From: Phoronis australis
Taxonomy: Eukaryota > Animalia > Phoronida
Assembly (NCBI GenBank): GCA_002633005.1
Contig: NMRA01000030.1
Location: forward strand, 381,980 to 445,979
Length of the DNA: 64,000 nucleotides
Direction of reading: 5' to 3'
Position numbers and translations under genes: made by a program. Below, piece by piece: positions 24,401 to 34,249 of the stretch; position 1 is the first letter of the stretch; the number at the start of each line of letters is the position of its first letter. The notes under the pieces were generated by a model that had not been told where the DNA came from, searched no databases, and was given only the letters and a program-made list of their open reading frames with translations.

Positions 24401-27400
24401 TTACTTTGTGGCTACATCACCCAAAACATTTAAGCTTTACCAGACTTCTCACAGATGTCGCTGTGTATCACATGTTCAGATCCTCTGCATCTGGTTACAT
24501 ATGTTATATCCACAATGTGGCCACTTTGTGTACATTGAATTCAAGAGCCTTGTTGCATGAAACAGTCCTAAGTGGGGACTCGACTAAGTTTCCTAAATCT
24601 AATGCGCTTTTGTGGGCTTGTGCAAAACACCAATTGTCCTTTCTTGTCATGTTTGTCCTTTCTTATCGTGTTTAAGTTTTAACTAAATTCAAATTTTGAC
24701 TTTGTTGCATTGTTTCTAATTTAAGGACTAAGTCCCTATTTATTTTCCCTGGACTCAGGGCTCAGTTTTCAGTTATGGTTATTAGATGAAATATAAGCAA
24801 AATGTTACATCTGTGAGTAATAGAAAGACACAAATGCACAAAAGGTTTAGGGATCTTTGTCGAGTCCCTATTTGGGACTGTTTCATGCAGCTGTGCACAG
24901 AGCACTGCGTCGTCATTACTAAATAGTATGTTCCCACAATCTTACTACAGAATTACTTGAACCATTGTTTACAGGATTACCTGCGGGCAGCAATGACCTG
25001 TATCACCCATTTCTACCTGTCTGGTGCTGACACCTATGAGCACTTGTACAACCGCATTAACTACCTGAGCCTTGCTAAGAAACACCTGGATACCTACCTG
25101 GAGTTCCATAAGCACCCTCCTTCTAGGCAGCCTGATTGGTCAACTGGGCCAGAGTCTCAGTTGAGGTTGATACAGTCAACTAATGAAGTCTGCAGGTCAG
25201 TCTATGGTACATTCAAAACTGTGCTTATTGAGATTTATGCCAACTTTTTTGTGTATTTCTCTTTTCAATTCACTCCTAATTTTTTATTGACATCAAATTT
25301 CAGGTTCACCAGTAGAGTAGACAATTTTGCTTGTTCATGGAATTCTTGATGAAGAAATGGTAAAAATTTCAAAATACTCCTTCATTTTTGTTAGAAAATT
25401 TATGAAACAAAGTTACGATCAACAGTTTGTCGAAACTAATGCCCAAAGGATGCTCATTCCTCGCCACATATTTTGTTCATTATAAAATTTATTATAGACT
25501 TATAAAAGCAACTGTCAATATTTTTTGGAGTTATTCAAATTTCTTCAGAGATGTATGTGGTCTTCCCAAGTACTTTCATCACTTTTTTACCGTTACTTTT
25601 GTTTGAATTGAAAGTGCAATAATCACCTGGGGTCTGTTTCTTGAAATTTGACTTAAGGCTGAAGTCAGAAACTTGGGCTTATGCTCCACACAACTATTTC
25701 AGAAAATATTTGAATGTCACTTGAGCAGAAATGCATTGTCTTTGAGAGTATGCACGTTGATGGTAGTTACTGGGATATTGTCGTTGAGAGTATAGACATT
25801 GATGATAGTTACTGGGATAATGTCTTTGAGAATATAAATATTGATGGTAGTTACTGGGATAATGTGTGTAAATTATTTCTTGATAGCGATGTGCTCATAA
25901 TTATTTGGCTTTTTCAGCAATTGTGAAGTGCGAGTGTAAGACCAAGGCTCCCTTTCATGAAATGATTTTAGTCTTAAATTAGGCCAAAGTAACATTGCTG
26001 TCATTCCGTCACATGTCACGTTGCGCTTGTTGAATAATGCTGTTGACGTCATGCCAACAATCGAACTTGAAGAGTCTTAAGGCTTCATGAAATGGAGCCC
26101 AGATTTATGTATTAAGTCACTTTTTTGAAACAGACTCCCAGAATTCCACTGATGGCTACATTACGTCAGCCTCTGAAACTAACCCACCATGACAATCAAC
26201 TTAATGGGTGTGGTCTGATGCAATAATGGGTGTGGTCTGATACAATAATGGGTGTGGTCTGATGCAATGTTCACCTGTAAGTTCATTCCAAGGTTTGAAA
26301 TCATTTCTAATATGAGAAAAACAAGGTGAGCTCAGTTTTATCATGACAAGAAGTGTAAATCAAAAGTTGCTTTTTGACACACGGTTGGGTTTAGGTCAAA
26401 AAAGCATTGGTTCTGGTCTGTTTTTTTTTTTGAAAATTGAGCTGGTGGTACGGTACTTTTGCTCTTTTTTTCAAAAAATAAAATCCACCAGAAACGAACA
26501 TAATGATGCGGAACTTGTTTTTTTTGCTCATCATTTGGGAAATGATGCTGTTTTAAATCTTGTTTACTCTTGTTAATGTGTCTTTGTTCAGCTTTAAAAA
26601 AGCAAAACCTTGGCTGAAATTGATATGGGTGGACATTTTTTTAGTTGATGAACGCAGGTCTCAAAATGTGTCAGGGTAAAAACCAGAATCTACGTTGCTT
26701 TTTTGGACTTACATCCTGTTTTGAAAATTTTGTGAAAGTTGTGCAAGTTTAACCTGTGTCATTTGCTACAAAATCTTATTTTTCAGGCACATTAGTACAG
26801 TGAATCTGCAGACAGATGTCACTCGTTTCCTTCATATGTATCAAGCCAATCTATTGGCTGCGGTCAATTACCATGGTGACATTGTGAGCTCTCCAGGTGG
26901 CGCTGAGGGTGGTGGCCCCAATAGAAGCAGTCAGCTGTGTACTTTGTTTGGAAACAATAAGATGAAAGCTGAAACAGCCTCTTTGGTACTTTTAGTTGTT
27001 TTTGTTATTTAAACTCTCAACATTACTTTTACTTGGTGCCTATTTTGTACATGTTACTTAATTTTGTACAATTAACAGTTATTTTAAGGAATTAAGTGTT
27101 ATGTCTCTGTGATTTTCAAATGGTTATACGCTTATTCAGAATGTATCTGAAATATTTCTCTTTCAGTATGTCACCTGTTTCTGACAAATTTCAGTTTCCA
27201 AAATAAAGTGGTCGTTTTAAGACAGGACAGGTGTATTCTTGCAATATTTTAGGACTTTCAACTAAAAGCAGAAAGAATTTGTTAGTGAAGATGGGAGGTT
27301 ACTCAACTTTCAAAGACCACAAAAGATCTGTTTTCATGGTGATATGGTTATTGTTTAGGATTTAGGAGACAAGGAGCCTGATATTACTATTTCGTGATAT

Positions 27401-30400
27401 GAAAATTTGTTTTTGTGTACTGATCACAGGAAAATTGCATGTTTATGTTCATGTTTATGTTCATGTTTCTGTTCATGTTTGTGTTCATGTTTGTGTTCAT
27501 GTTTGTATTCATGTTTGTGTTCATGTGCAAAGCAGTTTATGTGTCATCTATGTAAACCCTATTGCGTGATCTTGTTAGGCTATGGGCTTTTCTAAGATTA
27601 CTGAATATCCATTAAGTTGTTTGCTGAAGTTTTTCTGCTGGCTTTTTCAGATAATGTTGTCTGGCAACAACATAAATGATGGGTTTGGCCTAGCCTTCCG
27701 TGTTATTCAGGTGAGCTGATAACTTAGAAGTACTATATCTTGGTAAACAAGTAATGTGGCAATACTGACTCTGTGCATCTGTTACATATCGATATCATTA
27801 TTTAGTGTTTGTTGTTACATTGACTTTCCTTGTTAAGTACAAAAAGAATATTAACGGTTAACTTTCATCCACTTATTCCTTGCTTTTCATACTATTTGAA
27901 AAGCACATGATGGGGTCAGTTTGTATCTTAAATAAAATAACTTTAGTGTTACGTTTAACAGAAAAATTGCAATGTGTGGGTTGCACTAAACGTAAATTGT
28001 CATTTGTCATTCAAAATACTTAAATTCATAGAGTACATTCTTCATTTCTGAAGCATTATGGGTAATTTAATCAAGTATCCTGCCGATGTTATAGATCTGT
28101 TTAAGTTGAGGTTATGTTGTCTTTAAGTAAGGATTCTGAACCATCCACACTGTTTACGTGAAGGTTCAGTGTTTAAGTAGAGGTTAGTGTTAATGTGAAG
28201 GCTGTGTGTTTTTGTGAAGTGTCAGTGTTCATGTGAAGGCTAAGTGTTCATAGGAAGGCTCAGTGTTCATGTGAAGGCTCAGTGTTCATGTGAAGGTTCA
28301 GTTTTCATGTGAGGAGCCAGTGGTCATGTGAAAGCTCAGTGTTTGTGTGAAGGTTCAGTGTCCATGTGCAAGTACCTATAGGGTTGTCTGTGTTGTGTGC
28401 TCACCCAGTCTCCCCATCTTGTTCTCAGGAATTCCGTCTCAACTCCTCACTGGTATACACCCAGACTGCTCGCCAGTTGTCAAGGCAACGCAAGTATAAC
28501 TACATCAAGCAGTTACTTGGCTGTATCCGTGATTCGGGTCTGTCTGATCATCAGACTTGTGATGAGGTCATCGGGGCATGTGTACGCGTCATTGCTGATG
28601 ACCCAAAAGAGGTACTTCTGAGATTTATTACTGAGTGTGATTGCTTTAACTAGGTGGTGTCTATAGAAAGTCTGATCAGGTGGCTTAATGGTGTTTGTAA
28701 TGTAACTTACGACATAAATTACCATATTCAGGTGTGTTAATGACCATGGCTACTTATTTGAGAAGTTATAAAGTCAGGGTAGTATGAGGATTTGAAAAGT
28801 CAAAGTTGGACGTTTGACAAACAGTTGCTGTGCTGAGAATGTACAAATTATTGGCTTGTTGTTCCACCATGTATGACAAACAAAGTGAACATGCCATGAA
28901 ATGTGAACTTGTCCACCAACACTCGTGATTTCCCATAACACTGTATGGCAAGGGAACATCTGACGACATTGTCTAATACCTCAGAGTTGGTAACACTCAC
29001 GCTCAAGAGCGTTTTTTTTTTTTGTTCCTCGGTCCTTTTGGGTACTTAAATTTCTGTGGCCAGGCCGTGTGTCACCTGAAGGATATTTATCATCCGTTGG
29101 AGTTAGCAGAATTACTGCCACTTTAGTTTTAAAAATACCAATGAGTTAAGTTCTTAAAACAAATTAAACGAATCATCTTTTCATTCTTAGTCATCTTGCA
29201 TAAGTATTTAGAACATATCTTGAAAATTATACTTACAAAAAATAAAATTAGAAAGATTTTGGAGTTCTTTTTCTGAAAGAATTACAAAGTTTGTATAAAG
29301 TTTTGAGTTTGTTCAAAATACTTTTAAAATGATTTAAAATCCGTATGTGTAACTCTTAAGTTGAAAATAGTAGGAACACAAATACATACACAAAATCATT
29401 CTTTAAGCCTTTAGTGGAACAAATATGTTTACATTTGAATTAACTTTTCTCATGAATGACATAGTAATGACTTATCTTTTTGGTGTGTTTTTAAAACTGC
29501 AGTTCTCACTATTTAGCTTCCAAAAGACAAAAAAAAAATAAAGTAAGCTCATAAAGTTGGTCGCGTGGTATTCCTTACCATGGGACTCAGAGAGTCGGTT
29601 TCCATTACCATCAGTGACTCAAGAAAATCCTTCAAAGTTTTTTGCTTTTCCAACCCTAAAATTGTGAATTAAAAATGTTACATGTACGCATTGCCTGTGA
29701 CGTGGAGTGCGTGCTCATTCAGCATTAACTCAGGATGGGAATCAGTGTTGTAATGTTTTTAAACCCTGAAGTACCAGTACTTCCATTCAGAATTCAAAAA
29801 TGGTGGCTAAACAGCTGCAAAATTACCCTTCGTACTGGACAAAGGAGAGATTAGTATAATTTAATATCTCTTTTTTCAGTCAAAAGAGGCAGACAGTTTG
29901 ATTAAAATGATCAAGAGTGATTCAAATAAGGTAAGCATTTTGTAACTTTTTCACCTTGATTACAAGATTTTGTTTTATAATCAGTCAACAGCAGGCTTGT
30001 TTTGGCAGGGATTGAAACTAGTTCTTGAACTGAGAAGTTGAAATGTTGCTCATGTTTGTTCAGGAGTTCATGTTGGGATTAAAGTGGGTACAGTACTTAT
30101 CGTGGCATGATTAAAGTGGGTACAGTACTTATCATGGTATGATTAAAGTGGGTACAGTACTTATCACTGTGAACTTCTGACTTTTTAGTTGTAAAACAGT
30201 TATATCATACTGTCAGCTTAAAAGTGATTATTTGTACGCGAAAATGCAGCTTGAATGTGTCCTACAGGAATCAGCTTGAGTGTGTCCTACAGGAATCAGC
30301 GTGAATGTGTCCTAGAGGAATCAGCTTGAATTTGTGCTTGAGGAATCAGGTTGAATGTGTCCTTGAGGAATCAGCTTGAATGTGTCCTTGAGGAATCTGA

Positions 30401-30711
30401 TTTTTGTTTCATTTCACTAAATGCAGGACTGAAAAGAAAATAGTATATTGTTTGTTCTGTCATACCATTTCATGTAAGTATTTGTTTTGTGATATTGTTT
30501 ACTCCGTCATACCATTTTATATTTTTTAATTTTGTTGTAGATCAATGCCTACTTATTGATTGGCAAGCTTAAGTCTGCGTACCTGGTCGCTGTACAATTG
30601 GGCAGTGTTGAAGATGTCCAGAGGATTGCTAGTGCCGCCTCTAGGGCTGGTCAAACATCAGTGAAAAACATCTGCGACAAATGGCTGCAACAGAAAGCCT
30701 CTAAATCTTGA
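461..30711 (+). CDS. ZFYVE26: Zinc finger FYVE domain-containing protein 26 (spastizin/SPG15), 5'-partial, 26 coding exons in window
   Basis: Phase-consistent GT/AG exons: 461-690, 1876-2018, 2570-2756, 3398-3490, 3989-4157, 4897-6083, 6716-6958, 7983-8095, 8638-8779, 9612-9864, 11103-11210, 11482-11660, 11914-12044, 12838-13063, 14097-14248, 14752-14928, 20992-21157, 22067-22222, 22781-22927, 23582-23779, 24975-25195, 26787-26985, 27651-27710, 28429-28611, 29880-29930, 30541-30711 (TGA). Spastizin-type motifs: LTPEALDYLKTNSNLIATL, PQLLLEQLIMNMKIEW, FYVE domain, EEFYFEYSPSISLC, RLRDKLIEDER, AAWGFACLK, QLFMKDYLRAAMTCI, GNNINDGFGLAFRVIQEF, GKLKSAYLVAV. Confidence 0.95.
3581..3860 (+). mobile_element. 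tRNA-headed SINE-like element with decayed hammerhead-like motif
   Basis: A-box GGTGTAGTGG and B-box GGTTCAAGTCC; anticodon stem CTGGA/TTCAG; T arm GTGGG-TTCAAGT-CCCTC. Acceptor and D stems do not pair. Downstream CCGACGA-TGGCC..GACC-GAAACGTTG at 3738-3774. Confidence 0.55.
4337..4603. repeat. 23-bp minisatellite (ATACCAGCACAGCCATCAGACAT) x about 11.5
   Basis: Visible tandem array; explains repetitive ORFs 4257 and 4327. Confidence 0.95.
8794..9052. repeat. Interrupted (CTG/GCT)n triplet tract just after a ZFYVE26 donor
   Basis: About 260 bp of gct/ctg/ctc triplets starting about 15 nt after donor 8780. Confidence 0.95.
10908..11102. repeat. About 93-bp tandem duplication ending at a ZFYVE26 acceptor
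   Basis: Two copies of GGCCAAACTATGCTGATCTCTGATTGGTATACAGGT..ACTGACACATTTTGTGCAT. Confidence 0.9.
11600..12030 (+). other. FYVE zinc finger of ZFYVE26 (split over two exons)
   Basis: WIPD..CMIC..FSM|FNRRHHCRRCGRVVCSACS..KTCNDC: WxxD and R+HHC+xCG motifs and eight Cys ligands are present. Confidence 0.95.
12062..12238. repeat. About 41-bp minisatellite x about 4 after the FYVE exon donor
   Basis: GCAGCACACTCTCAAATTATGGCAAACTGGACACACTTTTG units. Confidence 0.9.
12395..12530. repeat. About 48-bp tandem repeat x3
   Basis: TGAACAGAACAGAGTG..TTGAATGAGTTGCCATG..ATACCTGATCCA units. Confidence 0.85.
15208..15390. repeat. About 60-bp degenerate tandem repeat x3
   Basis: ATACCAAGCCTTTAAGCCCAGTCATAGATTATG..CATTGTCACA units. 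Confidence 0.75.
15605..15715. repeat. 15-bp minisatellite (CATATGTGTTGTGGT)n
   Basis: About 7 copies; source of the spurious GHMCC and TTTHM ORFs. Confidence 0.95.
18212..18756. mobile_element. Non-autonomous DNA transposon (MITE), about 545 bp
   Basis: TIRs CAAAAGTTGCTTTCCCATTAG / CTAATGGGAAAGCGACCTTTG, with many subterminal GAAACTTC/GAAGTTTC motifs. Confidence 0.75.
19165..19456. repeat. 41-bp minisatellite x7
   Basis: GTGTAGAGTAAAATGACAGTCATAGCTACTCAAACCTTCCA, near-identical copies. Confidence 0.95.
19737..19845. repeat. About 55-bp tandem duplication
   Basis: TACCTAGTACCAAAAGTTTTTTATAACCAGCAGTGGCTTCAAACTTCCATTT occurs twice. Confidence 0.9.
21272..21332. repeat. 12-bp tandem repeat (CACGTCAGTTAC) x5
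   Basis: Visible array. Confidence 0.9.
23921..24087. repeat. About 36-bp degenerate tandem repeat
   Basis: TGATGATCATTTGA..TAACACTCACTCCCTCTGG units. Confidence 0.8.
24552..24891. mobile_element. MITE, about 340 bp
   Basis: Inverted termini GTTGCATGAAACAGTCCTAAGTGGGGACTCGAC / GTCGAGTCCCTATTTGGGACTGTTTCATGCAGC. Confidence 0.75.
25627..26141. mobile_element. MITE, about 515 bp, containing a 42-bp x3 repeat and a nested MITE
   Basis: TIRs CTGGGGTCTGTTTCTTGAAATTTGACTTAA / TTAAGTCACTTTTTTGAAACAGACTCCCAG. Confidence 0.7.
25946..26100. mobile_element. Nested small MITE, about 155 bp
   Basis: TIRs GGCTCCCCTTTCATGAA / TTCATGAAATGGAGCCC. Confidence 0.65.
27438..27526. repeat. 12-bp tandem repeat (CATGTTTGTGTT)n
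   Basis: Visible array; source of the SCLC-repeat ORF. Confidence 0.9.
28150..28367. repeat. 19-bp degenerate minisatellite (AGGCTCAGTGTTCATGTGA)n upstream of an acceptor
   Basis: About 11 copies ending about 60 nt before acceptor 28428. Confidence 0.85.
30077..30397. repeat. Two small arrays: 32-bp x3 (30077-30165) and 25-bp x6 (30248-30397)
   Basis: GATTAAAGTGGGTACAGTACTTATC.. and GGAATCAGCTTGAATGTGTCC.. units. Confidence 0.9.
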
Positions 30712-32956
30712 TAATGCTTTTATAGCAGACATTAGAGTCAAACAAAAGGAGATAATTTCAAAATACGGAAGCTTTGTTATCATGATGCTGAATGACGGCA
30801 TGAGAAATGAATGGCAACGAAGAGAGCTGGACAGTTTTGGTTATAGGGGGTGACAGGGTAGACCTAAGAATGGAGCAGCAACTTGATTGTGGGGTTTTGA
30901 ATGCAGATGATGTGAATAATGACTGCCAATAGATGGAGCCAGAAGGTTAACTATGAGCCCAATCATTGACAAGTCCTTAATAATGACTTACCTCTGAGGT
31001 CTGTGTATTAAAATGTGACTTACAATTTCTAAAGTCACAAATTTGGTCTTACACGCCACTCAGCTATTTCTTTTGGGCTAAGTTCAAAGTCTGAGAATAT
31101 TTACGTATCTGTTGTTTCAAGGCTGTGATGCACTAATAATTACTCGTCAGCACTTGGGAAGTGGGAGCACGCGAACAAATTTGTCTTAAGTCTTAAATAA
31201 GTCAATTTCTTGACACGGAGCCTAATGAGATTTGATGGACATGTCTGAGGTAGTAATACTCAGATACTGAGGTGCTATTCATGGCTATTCATTGGCAATA
31301 TTAAAGAGACAGTTTATTGGTCTATTTTTATCTATGTGCCTCTAAGTCTTTCATCCACCTTAGTTTTACTTAATATGCAACCTTACAATGTACATTTTGT
31401 CTGTCTATGTACAATTAGAAATATTTTTTGAACGGTTTAAGTCAACAGCTTACTGTTTTTATGAGCTTTCTCGTGGCTGAGAATGTCTGCATTGTATGAT
31501 CAAGGTACAAGTAGTCCTGTTGGTAGACAAGCCGAAATGGGCAGCCAGTAAGTTTAATGTGGTGAGAAGTTTGGGGATTTTTTTGAGAAAATAATGAAAT
31601 TTAATTTCACTTGTCCCTCGGTTTTCTGTTCCACGTGGAGAGACTGTATTATACCGATTACAAAATAACAGCAAATGATGATTAACAGGACAAAAATATA
31701 TCTGTGAGCAATGACTATTCTGGTATTGCAAGTATGTCACTCCTACGTCACAAACAGGTTTGTCAGTCATTGCTATTTTGTACAACTTATACTTTTGTTG
31801 ACTTGCTCCATAGTTAGATGGCTCTTTATCTGTATTAACGCACAATGAAATTAAGCAAGTCATAAATTTGTTCAAATCTTTTTGAAAAATCTACAGTGAA
31901 TTATTTGACACCTACAGAGAGTAGGAGGTTGGCATTGGGTTTCTTCAGCATGCCACATTTTGCTAGAGACAAAATGGCAGAAGAGGACACCTTGTACTAA
32001 CAGTAACTGTTTATAATCATAAGTCCAAAACTTGATTCATGATGAATGAATACATTTTGTTGCTGAATCGCAATTGTTCATTTTTCATCAATATTGTGAG
32101 TAAGTCATCTGAGAGTAGCATGTGTTGTATAATACCTCTTATTTCATGGAGTTTCTCATGCACATTGATTTTATGTATGAAATGAGTTGAAGTTTAGTTG
32201 AATTTGTTCTTTAAATTGAAAGTGACTTGTGCAAATGCACCCAACCCACTCATGAACTTACAAGATAATGCAGAGCAATGCTCATAACAATTTACAGAGG
32301 AATAACTATAATTCGGCCAGCAATGGTATAATAGCTTAATTAACTGCATTAATTACAACTATGTACACTGACAATAAAAGGTGTAGTTAACTTTACTGTG
32401 CGTGGACTATTGTGTTCACACTGTGTTGAACAGTGGTGGGCAGTCGTGACACTGTCAGAAGCCATTACAGAATTTTGGAAATCTTTGCCATAAGGAAATG
32501 GGCACCATTCACTAGTTCTAAGTACATGGGGAGTGGCAATAACAGCAACTGTAGGAAGAGCAAGGACTGGCTGTGTGCCACTTTAATGAACTAGATGTTT
32601 GGAGGTTTGACTCTAGCAATATTGTCATTTCCTCCTGATGTATTCTGTTCTCATTTAATGTGTTTACATGGAATATTATGCTCTTTCGTTCACTAAATGG
32701 TGGATTTGTTTCTTGATCAAATTAGTACAAGTTTTCTTTTTTGTAGTCTTAGTAATAGGACAATGGGTAAGTAGATTATTTACTGTGAAACTTGTGTAAA
32801 CTGAATTATACAAACCAATTTGAACTGTACCCGTTTCGTGTGATTTCAAACAAATTGATTACTTGCTTGAGTAGTGGCTTAGTCAGGACAACATTGGCTT
32901 TATGATCATATTTCAATTCAAGAGTCATTAAATATGAATATTGCTTGATGGTTCCT

Positions 32957-34123
32957 TTACATACATTTCAGTTGTAATAACCATAGTGTTAGGGGACCTA
33001 CTACCAAATATAAATGTCTGTTGAGTGTTTTTGTTACATCCGCTCTGTTGTCCACCTTGGCTGCCATTTGGTCCAGTCCTTTCTCACACGGTCGATGTTC
33101 ACATGGACGTGTTTCGCTTAGTAGACTCTGATCGCATTTATGTTTCTCTACGCATGCGCGACTCCTGCTCTTATATCCTTTTCCACAAGTTACTGAACAC
33201 AAACTAAAGACAGACCACTGCAACAACCTAGGACCCTTGCACGTATTTGTCGTACATAGTTTGGTTTCTTTCTCGTTGGTCACTGGACACGTCTGTCCGA
33301 GGAACTCCTCCTTGTCTCGTTCAACACAAGTGCGAGATCTTGACTCGGTCCCTGGTGCACACACGTCATGACAGCCGCTCCATTGCGACCACTGTCCCCA
33401 GGTGTGATCCACGTGGTCGTTGCACGACGGAACCGTGCACAATTGAAATGAGTCAAGTGCTGCTCCGGTCTTGCACCAAGGTTGAGACTGGTAACCCGTG
33501 CCATTTTCCTTTCCCATCTGGCAAGTTCTGCCTTGAAAGCATGGCGTTCCATCTGTAGTGGAATCAACATTCCCGGTATAATTGCGCTGTGTGTAACAAC
33601 CCGGATCGTTTGAAAACACGGTTACTTCGCATAATGCCAACTTTTTGTAACCGCGCATACGCACGATGACCCAATAACCCTGTAGTGCCCTTTGGCATGT
33701 CAGCCATTTTTCTTTCGCCAGAAATCCCTTATAATGGTAACACTCCCGTTGCGTGCCGTTATGCATTTCCGCAATCACGTGGAAATCACTTGGATAGTGC
33801 GATTCGGATGGCGAAATCATCACAGAATGAACTTTAACATTTAACCTTTGCCCTTTATGCACCTCACCAATTTCTACTTTCCAGTAAGGGTTGTATTCCC
33901 AGGTGGTCTCCATACATGTATTGTCTAAGGGGTCACTGCTACGACCACCGTCCACGGCTTTTTCCGAGGTGTAAGTTCCCTCCATATTGAACTGACTTAT
34001 ATCAACGGACGATTGACTTGTCGACCTCTTAAATCCTAGATTCCTGGTAGCGAAACAATTTGTTTCCCCGTTGATGAAAAAGAGAATTAGTATTTCGCAT
34101 CGAAACTTGCCGTTTCTCATCAT
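32957..34123 (-). CDS. Intronless secreted/cell-surface protein: F-type lectin (fucolectin/F5-8C)-fold domain + shortened kringle + 2 thrombospondin type-1 repeats, possible GPI signal
   Basis: First ATG at 34123, weak hydrophobic leader. FTLD: NLGFKRSTSQSS..AVDG..C.ET....PYWKV..LALCEVTVF. Kringle-like: CY...YTG....T.DGTPC..C..PWC..CTVPSC. TSP1: WGQWSQWSGC..C..G.ESRSRTC and WSVFSLCSVTCGKG.KSRSRAC. Hydrophobic C-terminus LYLVVGPLTLWLLQLKCM. Confidence 0.85.
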   Translation of the reverse strand: MMRNGKFRCEILILFFINGETNCFATRNLGFKRSTSQSSVDISQFNMEGTYTSEKAVDGGRSSDPLDNTCMETTWEYNPYWKVEIGEVHKGQRLNVKVHSVMISPSESHYPSDFHVIAEMHNGTQRECYHYKGFLAKEKWLTCQRALQGYWVIVRMRGYKKLALCEVTVFSNDPGCYTQRNYTGNVDSTTDGTPCFQGRTCQMGKENGTGYQSQPWCKTGAALDSFQLCTVPSCNDHVDHTWGQWSQWSGCHDVCAPGTESRSRTCVERDKEEFLGQTCPVTNEKETKLCTTNTCKGPRLLQWSVFSLCSVTCGKGYKSRSRACVEKHKCDQSLLSETRPCEHRPCEKGLDQMAAKVDNRADVTKTLNRHLYLVVGPLTLWLLQLKCM

Positions 34124-34249
34124 CAAAATCCAACTCAAGTCAAAAGAAAATAGATTGAAATAGAGACACGTAGACTCTACGCCAAAGTTGCATCAACAAA
34201 GCTTTGCTGTAGTTTTTTTCGGTTACGAAAGTCTACAGTTGAGAGTACT

